A program made the position numbers and the translations under genes. This document shows positions 23,906-37,495 of a DNA stretch of 64,000 nt, one piece after another. Each line of letters starts with the position of its first letter. Within the stretch, counting starts at the first letter, position 1. Source of the stretch: Squalus acanthias (Eukaryota); NCBI GenBank assembly GCA_030390025.1, contig CM059449.1, positions 33,170,001 to 33,234,000 of the forward strand, given 5' to 3'. The notes below the pieces were generated by a model. That model had not been told where the DNA came from, searched no databases, and saw only the letters and a list, made by a program, of their open reading frames with translations.

Positions 23906-26900
23906 TCCTGGCGGCTTCTCACACCATTCCCGATATTCCCAGTGTCCCCTCACCCTATGGAAGACAGCAATTTCCCTCTAGTGCTCAGGAATCTCAGGGA
24001 TTCTCTCTGTAGTTCACTCTCTCTCTCTCTCTTCTACTCAATATAAGCTTCAGCTTAAAGCTTTTGAAATGTGCCCTCTCGCTATTCTTCATATCATTTT
24101 GAAAAATCAAACACAGCTTAGTAGAAATGGCTAGAATTACAAAAAATATTCCATCCATTTACCTGATTGAACGGTATTGATGCTCGCTGTGAAATCAGGC
24201 AAAAATATAAAATCCAAGAATAGGCTTTTGAGAGAGGCTGCGGCCTTCAAATGAAAACTTTAATGAAGGCATTTGAAGACACATAGGATACATATATTTA
24301 TGTTTTTGTGAATTATATTTTATTTTCAGTTTCCATAAAACCTAATTTTGGAAATTAGAAATTTTAGTTACTGAGGGTAAAATTGCAGCTCAACATTTTT
24401 TCAGAAAGCATTTTGAGTGAATTGCGGGGAATAAGATAATCAGCACCATGTGCTGCTTTAACATAAAGCCGTGTCAGGTCACTGTTTAGAACAAAGTTGG
24501 AAGTCCTACTATAGTACCACTAAGTGGCATGCTCAGAGTCCCGGCAGCAAGTTTGCACATTGGACACTGGAATTCCCACAGGAACTGTTTCTCTAGGAGT
24601 TTTCAATGATTGCGGAACCAACATAAGTAATGTAAAACACAATATAAACACTAGTGTCTGGTTAAAGGCCTGAAAAGCTGTCATTACAGTTTGAGAATAA
24701 ACAGCAGGCATTGCAATGGGTTATGGGGAGATCAATTTTTCGGACCAGGTAAAATCGGCCTTGGATTCCATGGAGGAGTAAAAGAAAAGTAACAGTGAAT
24801 TAAAACGGCAGCAGGAGGGGAAGATTTCAGAACTGGATGTGATTATTACTACTGTTACCTTTAAGCACTGCCACCCTTTAACAACCCATTAATCTCTCAC
24901 CATCTTAGGAGCTCACAGCTTCCCTGGAGCAAGACATTGCCGCACAAATTGCCAAAAGCCATTGATATCTTGAAGACAAAGAGAAACATTTAATCGACAA
25001 GCTGAAGAGACAAAAGGAGGAATGTCTGCCACCAATGGAAAGGAACTTGGAAAGAATTGAAGAGGAACTGACGTCACTTGAGGAGAACATACCGAACCTT
25101 TGTGTAGACATCGAGCAGCAAGACAGTATCTCTTTTCTCAAGGTGACCCTTTATAACCCAATCCCCAAGCTGTTGGTGTAAGTGTAAACAGCCCTTTATA
25201 ATAGGGCTCAAACCCCATCACAACAATGCACAATGTGCAGTATAACTGAGGACAAACAGGGATCAGTCAGGATTGAGCTCTGAGTGTCGAGCAGACTGTC
25301 CCACACTGTTAGGACCTCACATTGGCCGCAGTTTCACTTGATCGAGAGTGAAGACAACTTTTTACACCTCTTGCTGGTCCCCTTCATGTTATCAATGTTA
25401 GTAAAGAGCTGAGAGTACACTCCATTCTTCGCTGAAACTAAACACTTCACTGACACTGACAACTCAACCAATATCTTTAAATAGAGGTGCACAGACTTTG
25501 GTTACCCCGAGTTTGACTGTGATGTGCTGTCGGCAGAATAACTCAGAGCTGTGCTTACAGATGTTACCAGGGTTACAGACCATTGCTGCTTGAGATCCCT
25601 CTGTGTTTACCGGCACCTGGTTCTGAGAGACTAATTGAGTGAGAGATATTGATCTTGTCCTTGTCCTATCACTCTAACCCTTACACTGTTATTGCAAGCC
25701 AACCAGTGCATACTAGCATCTAGCAATATATCATCAATCGACTCACCATCCGAATATCTCCTCTAGGTTCAAAAGTCTTTGCTCAGGTTCAAGTTTGTCG
25801 CCTCTCAGTTTTCTCCCCTTCCCTCCTGTCCTTAAATTAGTATCAGGCTGGTGACATTTGAGGCTACAGTACCATGGGTGCTAGCTCTGAGAACAGTGAC
25901 TTGTAGGGGTGCAGTCCCATGTGTGCAACCAATGCTCTGCTCAAACAGTGAGCCATAGGGAGCTATTTGAATGTCTGGGCATCACAATAAGCCTAATCCT
26001 CTTCTCGTCTGATGTGTACAGAGGTTAATGTTGCCACAGAGATGCCTGGAAGTGTCCAGGAGCTGGTACATAGGTCGTTGTCTCCATATCGAGAGGATGC
26101 TGAGTTTAGGTGTAACACCACTCCTCCCAGCTCAGATCAGCACAGACCAGAGACAAGCTCTGAATTACTGGGAAATACAGACCAGAAATAAAAGGAACTG
26201 ATCAGTGAACCTTCACAGTCTTCAGCAGCAGAGGAAACCCTATAGATTGTATTAGGGGGTAGCTGACGTGGTATCGCATCACTGGAGCCTGTCAGTGAAA
26301 ACTCCACCCAGATCCCTTCACATTTTACTAAAAGCATTGATTACACTTCATTAAAACTCAATCTAAACAGTTCCGTATATTTATTAAAATGTTTCTGATT
26401 ATCTGTCCTGCAAGAACTGAAAAGATTGAGAGAAAGGTGAGAAAGGTGAAGGGGCAGAGAGAGCTGAGGATGGAGAGATCCTGGTGTCTGCAAGTCTGAA
26501 ATACACAGTGTTTCCAGGCCCGTTACTCTACACAGTGTGGAAAGAAATTAAACAGATCATCTCTTCAGGTATGAAACTCCACAGCTTTGTGTCCACTTTC
26601 TGTAGTGTCCTGCTCTCTTCCCCCTCTCCTGAAGGTGCTGCCTGTTGCTGGGTACAGATCACTGGGGCAGCAGCTCTGGGGCCTCACTCAAGGGGCCATT
26701 CTTTATGTGGGGCCTCAGATTGAGCGATTCAAGCATGAGGTCATCAGAACATCATTTTATTTGACATCCAGACACTCGCAATTCAAGTAGGGTTCACTGG
26801 GCAGTGATCAGACTGGGACCCCTGGCTGGTTGTGTTCCTCTCTGACCCAGGACTCACTGGACAGCGATCAGACTGCGACCCCTGTAATATCTGTTCACTG

Positions 26901-27077
26901 TACACACTAGAGTCCAGGAATATATATAACTGCAAACTTTAACAAATCTGTAATACCTGTTTACTGTACATACCTGAGTCCAGGAATATATCTAACTGTA
27001 CTTTATATCCAGTCTGCACTATTTACTGATACAGAAATTATGGATTGGTTGCCAAGCCCAATAACACAGATATCAGA

Positions 27078-28443
27078 TATGGGAAAATGCTGGAGTCCAT
27101 TATTAAGAAAGTAATGTCAGGACATTTAGAAAATCCAAATACAATCAAGCAGAGTCAACATGGTTTTATGCAAGGGAAAACGTTTTTGACAAATTTACTA
27201 GAGTTCTTTGAGGATGTAACGAGCAGGGTGGATAAAGGGGAACCAGTAGATGTAGTGTAATAGGATTTCCAGAAGGCATTCGATAAGGTGCCGCATAAAA
27301 GCTTACTGCACAAGATAAGAGCTCACGGTGTTAGGGGTAATATATTAGACTGGATAGAGGATTGGTTAACTGACAGAAAACAGAGAGTCGGAATAAATGT
27401 GTCATTTTCAGGTTGGCAAACTGTAACTAGTGGGGTGCCACAGGGATCACTGTTGGGGCCTCAACTATTTACAATCTATATTAATGACTTGGATGAAGGG
27501 ACCGAGTGTACTCTTGTCAAATTTGCTGACGATACAAAGCGAGATGGGAAAGAAACTTGTAAGGAGTACACAAAGAGTCTGCAAAGGGATATAAATAGGT
27601 TAAGTGATTGGGCACAAATTTTGCAGATGGACTATAATGTGGAAAAATGTGAGGTTATCCACTTTGATCGGAAGAATAAAAGAGCAAAATATTATTTAAA
27701 TGGAGAGAGACTACATAATGCTGCGGTACAGAGGGATCTGGGTGTCCTCGTACATGAAATACAAAACGTTAGCATGCAGGTACAGCAAGAAATTCGGAAG
27801 GCAAATGGAACATTGGCGTTTATTGCAAGGGGGATGGAGTATAAAAGTAGAGAAGTCTTGTTACAACTGTACAGGGCGGTAGTGAGACCACATCTGGAGT
27901 ACTGCGTACTGTTTTGGTCTCCTGATTTAAGGAAGGATATATTTGCATTGGAAGCAGTTCGGAGAAGTTTCACTAGGTTGATTCCTGAGTTGAAGGGGTT
28001 GTCTTAGAGGAAAAGTTGAGCAGGTTGGGCCTATACTCATTGGAGTTTAGAAGAATGAGAGGTGATCTTATTGAAACATATAAGATCCTTAGGGTTCTTG
28101 ACAGGGTAGATGCATGGAGGATGTTTCCCCCTCGTGGGGGAATCTAGAACTAGCAGTCTTGGTTTCAGAATAAAGGGTCGCCCATTTCAAACGGAGATGA
28201 GGAGGAATGTCTTCTCTCAGAGGGTCGTGAGTCTTTGGAATTCTCTACCCCAGACAGCAGTGGAGGCTGAGTCATTGACTATATTCATTGCGGAGATAGA
28301 CAGATTTTTGAAAATCAGGGTAATCAAGGGTTATGTGGAGCGGGCAGGAAAGTGGAGTTGAGGCCAAGATCAGATCAGCCATGATCTTATTGAATGGCGG
28401 AACAGGTTTGAAGGTCCGAATGGCAGACTCCTGCTCCTATTTA
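27078..28443 (+). mobile_element. 5'-truncated CR1 LINE (RT to 3' UTR) inside the TRIM pseudogene intron
   Basis: SGVPQGSLLGP, KFADDTK and RPHLEYC motifs; 3' UTR hairpin region. Confidence 0.95.
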
Positions 28444-30803
28444 TAAAATCTAGTCTTGCGTGCTTGCTATTAGCATTTAACGTAAATTTACAGTTTCAAG
28501 TTTCTACAAGGCTTGGGCAGGGCTAAGCAAGCTCTGTGCTGGAGAGCAGGTGAGATTAGTAAATTAATTAACTGGTCTAATCTGGTTCTGTAACTACCAG
28601 AGTGCTCACTCATCTAAATCTCAGGAGTAGAAATAAAGGAGACCAGAGTGCAGTTTGTCCCAGAGTGCAGCTTGGAACAGAGTGTAAACCTGAGAGTTTG
28701 GTGAGTGAGGGAGTGAATCTTAAGGGTTAATCTCTTTTTTTTAAATAAAATCTAGTCTTGCGTGCTTGCAATTAGCATTTAAATTAGATTTACTGTTTCA
28801 AGTTTTAAGTTTCTTCCCAGCTTGGGCAGGATTAAGCAAGATCTGTGCTGGAAAGCAGGTGAGATCAGATAATTAATTAACTGGTCTAATCTGGTTCTGT
28901 AACTGCCAGAGAGGTTACTCCTCTAAATCTCAGCAGTATAAATAAGGGAGGCTAGAGTGCAGTATGGAACAGTATGTAAACCGATGAGTTTGGGGATTAA
29001 TGGAGTTCGGCGACGAGGGGAGGGAGGTGCTCCTTTCTTCTTTTTCTATCTTTGTCAGCCTCCAGGAGAGCAGGAGTTAAAAAGCTGCAAGGGAGAGAAT
29101 AGAGAACCAGCGGGAATTCGGCTCTGTGAAACCCCCCAAACGCATTCGGAGAAAAATAGAAGGTGACATCACAGGGAAAAGGGTCAGTGATTGGTTGGTG
29201 AGTATTTTGCTCACTTATCTAATCTTTTAAAGCCCAGAACATGTATTAGTAATTGTAAAGTTTCATTAGTATTAATAAAGTTTACTAGCAGTAATATATC
29301 TTATTGGGTGTAGTAGGATGTATTAATTATTAATTAATACAAATAAATAAATTAAGACACAATAAGGATGACAGGGCAGGTGATGTGTTGCGACTGCAGG
29401 ATGTGGGGGCTCCTGGACGCCAGTGTGATCCAGGACGAACACGTCTGTGGTAAGTGTCTGCGGCTTGAGGAGCTTCGGCTCAGAGTTGATGAGCTGGAGG
29501 CCGAGCTGCAGACTCTGCGATGCAACGGGAGGGGGAAAGTTACCTGGACACTATATTCCAGGAGGCAGTCACACCCCTTAGGATAGGGTCTTCTGATTTG
29601 GTCAGTGGTCAGGGACAGGAGGATGTGACTGCGAGTGAGGCAGGTATGGGGACCCAGGAGGTGGAGGAGCCTCAGCCTTTGCAATTGTCCAACAGGTTTG
29701 AAGTTCTTGCGGCCTGTATGGATGAAAGCGGTGGCTGCAGGGTGGATGAGCAAACTGACCATGACACCTTGATACAGGAAGCCATTCAAGCGGGGGGTGT
29801 AAATAGGAATGTAGTGGTAATAGGGGACAGCATAGTCAGGGGGATTGATACAGTTCTCTGTCGCCAAGAGCGAGAGTCCAGACGGCTAAGTGGCCTGCCC
29901 AGTGCCAGGGTTCTGGAAATCTGCTCTGGACTGGAGAGGAATTGCAGTGGGAGGGGGAGGAGCCAGTGGTCGTGGTCCACGTAGGTACCAACGACATAGG
30001 TAGAACTAGGAAAGAGGTTCTGCTGAGAGTGTATGTGCAGCTAGGGGCTAAATTAAAAAGCAGAACCTCAAGGCTAATATTGTCTTCATTATTAACTGAG
30101 CCACGAGCAAATTGGCATAGGGTAAATAAAATTAGTGAGATGAATGCGTGGCTCAAAGACTGGTGTGGGAGAAATGGGTTTCGATTGCTGGGGCACAGGC
30201 ACCAGTACTGGGGAAAGTGGGATCTCTATCGTTGGGACGGTCTTTACCTGAACCATGCTGGGACCAGTGCTCTGGCGAATCATATAGCTAGGGTGGTAGA
30301 TGGAGGGGGGGGGGGGGGTTCAATTAAATAGTGGGGGAAAGGGATCAAATTTGGGAAGATGTGGTAAATCAATGTGCAGGGAGAAGGCAAGAGAGAAAGG
30401 TATTAATATGTAAAATGATAAACAGACCGTGACAGGAAGGGATAGAGAGTACAAATCGAAGAGGAAATCAACAGATAAGAGCGGAGGTTACAAAAATAAT
30501 AAAAGGACAAAAATAAAGGCTCTGCATCTGAATGCACGTAGCATTCAAAACAAAACAGCTGAACTGATAGTGGAAATAGAAATAGAAATAAATAAGAACC
30601 ATCTGATAGCCATTAGAGAAACATGGCTGCTGGATGACTTAGATTGGGACCTGAATATTGAAGGGTACATGACTTTTAGGAAGGACAGGAAGCTAGGAAA
30701 AGGTGGAGGGCTGGCTCTGTTAATTAATGATGGTATTAGCACAATAGAGAGGGATGGCCTAAGTTCAGGAAATTAGGATATAGAAGCGGTTTGGGTAGAG
30801 ATG
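28444..30803 (+). mobile_element. CR1 5' half: 5' UTR with a tandem duplication of about 303 bp, ORF1 (29368 to about 30330, frameshifted) and the start of ORF2; 3' end lost
   Basis: CCDCRMW..HVCGKC..LEELRLRV zinc finger/leucine zipper; IGDSIVR, HVGTND, DGLYLN; LHLNARS. TAAAATCTAGTCTTGCGTG occurs at 28444 and 28747. Confidence 0.92.
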
Positions 30804-31834
30804 AAGACCGGACCAATGTGAGACTCGGTGAGAGAGAATTACAGCTTCCTGATAACCTGGAAGGATTCAATGCTGCTGTCTGTGTCCAGGGGTCACAGGG
30901 ATTCAGATCAGGGAAATAATACTGGTCGGTGGAGTTCAGGGTTAAGACTGGGTGAACTTTGGGTGTGGCAGAGCGTCATCCAACAGGAAAGGAGAGTTAA
31001 ACATTGGGCCTGAACTGCGATACAGGATTGTGCATCCAATAAATGGGAATGAATATAGAGCTGCTGAAAGCCAATTAGTGCCACTGACCCCGAGTGTGAA
31101 TCCCAGGACTATCGCATTTTACTTGGAATAAGAGGGAGGGCAGGTAACCTTTCACAATGCTGATGATATGTACAATCTCTACAGTTTCACTGGCACATTC
31201 ACGGAAAAACTCTCCTTTGTTGTATCCTGGATTGTGCGATCAGGATAAAAATGTTCCTCCTCTTAATCCGCTTCATTTCGAAACATAGGTTGCTAAACTG
31301 ATGTGTCAGAGTACGGAGAAAATGTGTCCATTGCACATCTCACAGCAGGAAACAGCACTGGGAAAGGGGCCTGGCAATGAATGGTGGGGTTAGAGTGTTG
31401 GGCTGGAGAATTGTAAGTGTTCCTTGCGCTGAGCTCTTGGGCTGTGATCACGGACTGGGACGTGTGTTACTGTGCAGGTTGATGAGGTTCCAATGTGAGC
31501 TCCTGGCCGCTCGCACCACCTGTCCAATCTGGAACTCTTCACTCCTGGTCATTCCACCTTGAGAGGCCCTGCTGCTCATTATGAATCCGGGGTCCGTGTT
31601 ACAAATTCCAGAAGTTCTGGTCACCATCTGTAAACCGGAGTAGCGGGATCCCGGAGTCACATTGCACTGTTCGCACGCACACAGGGGCTAGAAGAGTATA
31701 AATACATAAAATTTACAGCAGTTTTATATAAATGGGCAAATTTGGTGCCGGATAGGCTCAAGCAACAACGGGTCGCTGAGTTACACATCGTGGTTGTAAT
31801 AAGAGAAGAAAAGCGCACGATAGAAACTTGCATA

Positions 31835-32300
31835 ATCTGGCTCCAGAACAGCTGAAAATCTACATAACATGGCCACAGACAAGCTGAAGATCGGCAAAAG
31901 CTAGCTCCAGACAAGTTGAAGATCTCTATAACCTAGCTCCAGAACAGTTGAAGATCTCCATAACCTGGCTCCAGAACAGCTGCAGATCTCCATAACCTGG
32001 CTCCAGACCAGCTGAAGATTTCCATAACCTGGCTCCAGACCAGCTGAAGATCTCCATAACCTGGCTCCAGACCAGCTGAAGATCTCCATAACCTGGCTCC
32101 AGACCAGCTGAAGATCTCCATAACCTGGCTCCAGAACAGTTGAAGATCTTCATAACCTGGCTCCAGAACAGCTGAAAATCTACAGTAACCTGGCCGCAGA
32201 CCAGCTGAAGATCTCTACAACCTGGTTCCAGAACAGCTAAAGATCTACATAACCTCGCCACAGACGAGCTGAAGATCTCCATAACCTGTCTCCAGACCAG
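31835..32300. repeat. 32-bp minisatellite (CCAGACCAGCTGAAGATCTCCATAACCTGGCT), about 14 copies
   Basis: Near-identical central copies with diverged edges. Confidence 0.95.
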
Positions 32301-33369
32301 GTGCTACACCACAACCAGGGGGCAGCGAGATATTTTGAGGGCCTCCGCACGCCTGAGCCAACAATGTGTGGAGGTAAAACTTTCATTAAGATCTTATTCT
32401 GGGTCAGGCCTTTGTTTTCAGATAAGGGAACCCATTTCGGGAGTTCTTATTGTTGTTAAAACAATTCTAAATCCTGCATCAATTTTGGATATTATTTAAT
32501 TCTAATGCGGTATTTTCTGCTATGTAATAAATCACTCTTTTGTTTATAAATCCAAGAGTTATGCCTGAAATTTCTTATTAGCTAAAAGAGCCACTAAGTT
32601 GATTTTAAAGGAGTAGAGTTTCTGCTTGTTTTATCAGTGCAATCCTGGGGAACTTAGCTGAACCAGTGCAAAAGCTCGTGGAAAATCAAGTGTGAGTTAC
32701 GTCAGCGTAAACCAAATTTCCACGATCTTTAACGCTGGCTTGGAAGTCATTTTTCCCGAAGCCGGCCCCGCCCACAAAGCTGGACACGCCCCCAGATGGA
32801 AATAATGAGCACGGCGAGTTTCCGACCATTGCGTCCGTTCGAGGAGAATCGTCGAATTGAGCTTTTCTCAGACGCTCAGGCCCCAGTCGGCAGGTTAAAA
32901 AAGTTTCTACAGTTAAAAAATTAACTAATTTACTAAGAAACTGACTCGTGTACACCAATAAAACTACTCAATGGTTCAGCCTCCTTTTTTAAGTAATTTT
33001 CAGTGCATTAACATTCAGAGGTGGGAGTGTCTCACTAACAGCTGAAACTCAGTTCCCAGCTCCAACATTCATTTGTATTTCCCCCTGATTCCTTTGCTTC
33101 AGGAGAGAGACGTTTCCGAGTTTGGACCACAGCAACCAAGTGGCCCAATGGCACCAGTCTTACTCGAGAGGGCCATCTTGGCCCAGTCGGTGGCACTCTT
33201 GCCTTTGAAGCAGACTTTAAGTGCCCAAAATTGCTGGGCTGGAGCTTATCTCAAGCGGAATTTCAGTCCGGGAGGGGCCTGAAAAGGGGAGTGGTTCCTG
33301 GATCCATCCTAAATTCTGTCACAGGTTCGAGAAAGGTGCTATATAAATGCAAGTTATTTCCATCATATT

Positions 33370-34075
33370 AAAATCTGCTTTCCGGGACACTGCCTTCAAC
33401 CTGTTAGCGATGCGCATGCGTGAAAACCCTAAATTTTAGAACTGACAAGTTTCAGCCTGACAGATCGTACAAATCCGGAATAAAGGGACATTCCCTGGCA
33501 CAGAGGCTATTTGCCCAAATACTGCCCAGCAAATGCCGACGGAATTCTAATGCCTATTAAAAGCAAGCGTAAGGTTTTCTTTTACAAGCATAAGGGTTTA
33601 AATAAATATTAAAATACATTTTTAATAATTATTTAAACATTCAAAAACCTTTAAAATTATTTTAGGTTAATTTTGCCCCCTTTAAAAATGTTTAAATTTA
33701 TTTTTCTAAAAATGTATTTTTTGTTTCAAATGTTTAATTGTATTTCAATTAATTTTAAACGTGATGATGTAGTTTTATTTAGGTTGCGTGAAAATGTATC
33801 TTTTATGTGATTCCTATTATGCTTATGGCGATTCGGAATGTAAATAGAATTTCCAGATATTGATTGGTTGGGCCAGCCCACGTGATACCAGGCACGCTTG
33901 AGACCCGCATACACCCCTGGGATATGTGGGCCTTTATGCAGCCGAATCCCTGCAGGCCCAGAAGTGCGAGTCTTTGTCGGTCCGGGGCCATTAAGTAAGT
34001 ATGGATTTTACTTTAGGTTCAGAGTTATTCACCCGCGGGATGCCTCCAACGCAATTTCATGTCCGATATTAATTG
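33370..34075. mobile_element. MITE-like non-autonomous DNA element related to those at 35101 and 42338
   Basis: GC-rich ends with a GCGCATGCG palindrome, an AT-rich core, and GATTGGTTGGGCC..CACGTGAT. Confidence 0.55.
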
Positions 34076-35100
34076 CACAGGTTTTTAATGTAACACCTTG
34101 ACCATGGTCACCGTCTTCCTCACATTTTTTATCTACTTTTTCCAAACCTACTCCATCCATGTCCCCACTTTCCAGACCTTGCTTTGTCCTTGGGGATGCA
34201 ACCACCAGCTGAACTCTCATGGTTCAGAGCTGCCATGAGGCAATTGCAATTTCTGTTCCAGGGGGTTCCTGCTGCAAGGCATCAGCCATCCATCTCTGAA
34301 CATACTGCCACTGAAGGAACTACGCAGACAAGTAATATGATGGACAATAAATAATGAAAAGTGAAGTCTCCAAAGCTGGGCACGGTGGAAGTAAAAAAAT
34401 ATATTTGTTTTACAAAATTATTACGAATGTTGGACATCCTGGAGAGATGTATCTTGAATATATTGGCGAGTTAACGGTTAAAGTAGAGCTTCTTTGTATC
34501 TTGGAGCAACATTTCTTTCAAGATAAACAGGATGGCTTTGAAGTATCGTGAGTGGAATGCAGAATTTGTCTTCCGATAAGAAAAGCGCTGTTTAAACAAA
34601 TAAGTGACAGAAATGACGTCAGCTGTGAGTGATTAAAGTTTAACTTTAGGGACTAAGGTAATAAACAAAAACAGTGATATCCATTAGCTCTAGTATTTTA
34701 AGATAACAGTTAACAAAGCCTGTTCTTAAGCAAGATTAAGAAGTTTGAGGTCAGGAAGTCTTGTTTGAGGAAAGTAGTTTTGGAGTAAACAACTACAAAT
34801 GTTTACATGAATAGATTGTCTTCAAATGATTTAGGAGAAGATAAGTCATGAGGTCTTTCTATGACGTGTACCATTGATACAGGAAAAAATGGTTTATAAA
34901 GGAGCATGTTTTTCTGCAGTTCTTCAGAGAGCTCAAAAGATACATAAACCGAAAAGCGGCTCTCTCTGCACATTGTTAGGCTGATCACTGAGCTGTTTCT
35001 CAATAAAGTCTGTTCTGTATAACCTATCATCAAGTGTCTCGTGCTTAGGCAAAATGTGTTGTTTTGAATCATCGAAGGAAGGAGGTTGAATACTAACATT

Positions 35101-35884
35101 TGGGGCCGTGAACTTGACCGACAAATACACAGACGGTGAGTATGATACGAAAATTAGACCTAATACGCGAGAGTACGCACTGTGTACTCTCGCGTTTTAG
35201 GTCTCCAATTGCCGGTTTCCAGCATGCACTGCGCATGCGTGGGAAACCGGCACTTCATGAACTCAAAAGGGGGCGGTTCCTAAGTGAACCGCGTGTGCGC
35301 TACAGGCTGCGCGCACGCAGTGCACTTAGTGCTTTGAACGCGCAGGTAAGCATGGAAGATTTTACACATGAAGAAAGGAGGCGTAAGACCCTCTTTTAAC
35401 AAGGTAAGTAGTTAATTAAGTATTATTTTAAATTTTTTCAACAGGTTTATCTTTTTTAGAGACTTTAAAGAAAGGTAAGTTTAATTTTATAACTTTTAAA
35501 AAGATTTTACATTTTTTCAAAAATTTAAATTTTTGTTTAAAGTGGTTAATTTATTTAACTATAGTTATTTTATTAATGTGATGGTTTTTTTTTAAATTTA
35601 ATTGACGTTTAGCTGTTCTTTTGGGGGTAAGTTGTATTCATAGGTTTGACAGTTCTCCTGTCAAAACTATGAATGAAAGATGGTGTGCTGCCATTGGCTC
35701 TAACTGAATCACGTGATCCCAGAGCTCGCACGAACTAACTGCGTCTTTGGGTCGCAAGCACTGCAGAGCTGCAGCCTTGAAACTAAAGTTTGTGTGGGCC
35801 CGGAGGGAAAAGGTAGGCGCGCAGTGAGAAATCGCGGGGAAACCTTACCCCCGCAGGAACGCTCCGTGTTTAATTTCTGGGCCA
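35101..35884 (+). mobile_element. MITE-like element of about 780 bp, copy A (probable PIF/Harbinger derivative)
   Basis: Imperfect TIRs GGGCC..AA(C/A)TT and AATTTCTGGGCC; internal hairpins; reverse-complement match to 37810-38575. Confidence 0.8.
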
Positions 35885-37425
35885 ATAGCGCCACTCTACC
35901 CCTGGATGTAGAAAGGAAAATCTGTCAGCTATGACCGCAGGTGTTAACAGAACCTGCCCGAATTACTGCCATTAACAATAATGGAGGACAATCCGCTGTT
36001 TTTTTAATGGAAGACTCTCCTCTGCGGAGGATTTGGATTTTTGTACTTGATCCAGGCGATGCACAACACCCCGGATGTATCGGTTCAAATCTATCCCATG
36101 GTTACCGGGGAAATCAGCACTTGGATTTAGAATTACAACAGCGCAGCCGTAGCTGGACGTGCTTTAGTAACACTTGTCTCATTTTGCTTTGCGGCCTCAG
36201 AACACGAACTGACTCTAGCTTAAAGCAACATAATATATCGCACAGTTTCAGAATGAATCAAGCGCTTCGGGTTTCACTATAAAGGCAATTACTGAGTAGT
36301 TGCCGCGATCAATGACCTCGCCTGGCAACAACACATACACCCACGGATTTCCATAGTAAGTTGCAGTGTAAAATTGGTTGCTCCAGTCCCTAATCAGAAA
36401 ATTAGTGACCATGGACGTAAATTGGTCTTCGATGGTGGTATAAAACTGGCGATAGTGAATCGGCGGACCATTTTGCACAAATTACATTTCCATTGACTTC
36501 CTCTGCACCGCTCTGCGCTCCACCAAAGTGATTCAAAATGTCCAGGTGGTAAAGACCATAATCTACACTATAGTCTATAGTTATAGTATAAATGCACCGG
36601 AAAATTCGAGTTGCACCCAAAATGTGTTCTCCACGTAAGGCATGCCAGATTCAGGGGTAAAATTGGTCTTCGCCAGTCGCCTGAAATGAGCTCATAGCTC
36701 ACAGGCAGTCTGCTTTACAATGCGCCCGATTTCCCTTTCCATTGACCTCAATGTAAACGGACATCAGACTGGGTGTAAAATGAGCGACCCATTCGCTCCG
36801 ACTCCGTCTCGCGCTGCTGAGGAAGACCAATTTCAGCGCCTGAGGCTCGGCTTTCAGCATTGTTCACACGCTGCTGGCCAGCTGAATGCGCCAGAAGGGC
36901 GCCCGGAGCTGCTCCCGGTTGGGAAGCGCGGGGAATCAATCTGGCAACGGGCGGGAATCAATCCCGGTGAGGCGACAATACGCCAATATTGCGCCAGAGT
37001 GTTTTTGTGTGTGCGGGAGGATCTCTTATATTTCTCCTGGATTCACAAATATATATTTAAAAACTCCTTTGCCTTTTCTTGAGCAGCCCCCGTGAATCCT
37101 TTTAAGAATTGCTGGTATGGCTACTCGATCCGATACTAATACTTGTACCAGATACAGAACTGCAAGACTGTCTGTCGAGGCCAAGGATTCTTCACTAAAT
37201 TGATAAATTTAAATAGTCAGAGTAAAGAGCTTCCACTCCGGTTGGTACATTAACAATATGCCAGAAACTTGAAGCCATTTTGAGTGATTTTTTTGATGCC
37301 GGTAATTATTGTCTGCAAATAAAACACATCAAAGCAAACAAATAATATCATTACACCGACAGCAGGAACAGTAACACAGTGAAGCACTGTTAAAAATTAG
37401 CATTAACTGATGATAAGCGGCTTAC

Positions 37426-37495
37426 CAGGAATACCAACTATTGCAAGAATAGGATAGTAAATGTTCTCTATCTGTATGATCACCGGCTGTCCCAT
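37426..37495 (-). pseudogene. Orphan exon 1 of a second GPR139-like paralogue (MGQPVIIQIENIYYPILAIVGIP plus G|GTAAG), with its promoter
   Basis: 21 of 23 aa identical to exon 10485-10554. Promoter, 5' UTR and intron homology extend from about 37695 to about 36090. No exon 2 was found downstream on the minus strand. Confidence 0.85.

Larger units (their letters stand above)
24743..31290 (+). pseudogene. TRIM (RBCC-B30.2, A33/TRIM39-like) pseudogene: exons 24743-24838, 24909-25142, 26414-26436, about 26440-26568, and PRY-SPRY about 30803-31290
   Basis: Canonical TRIM exon sizes 96/234/23 nt. Coiled coil ELTASLEQDIAAQ...QQDSISFLK; FPGPLLYTVWKEIKQII; B30.2 [33 protein letters not shown]. Multiple stops, damaged acceptors, and no RING/B-box exon seen. 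Confidence 0.88.

Noticed and set aside
31380-31660. Missing TRIM RING/B-box exon on the minus strand
   Set aside because: No Cys/His RING spacing in any frame, and the position and orientation are wrong.
31901-32282. Repetitive ORFs (MEIFSWSGARLWRSS...)
   Set aside because: Product of the 32-bp minisatellite cycling through reading frames.
34803-35130. ORFs as the missing minus-strand GPCR exon 2 or a new gene
   Set aside because: No TM or DRF similarity and no recognisable domain. The nearby CRE palindrome (34614-34621) alone is insufficient.
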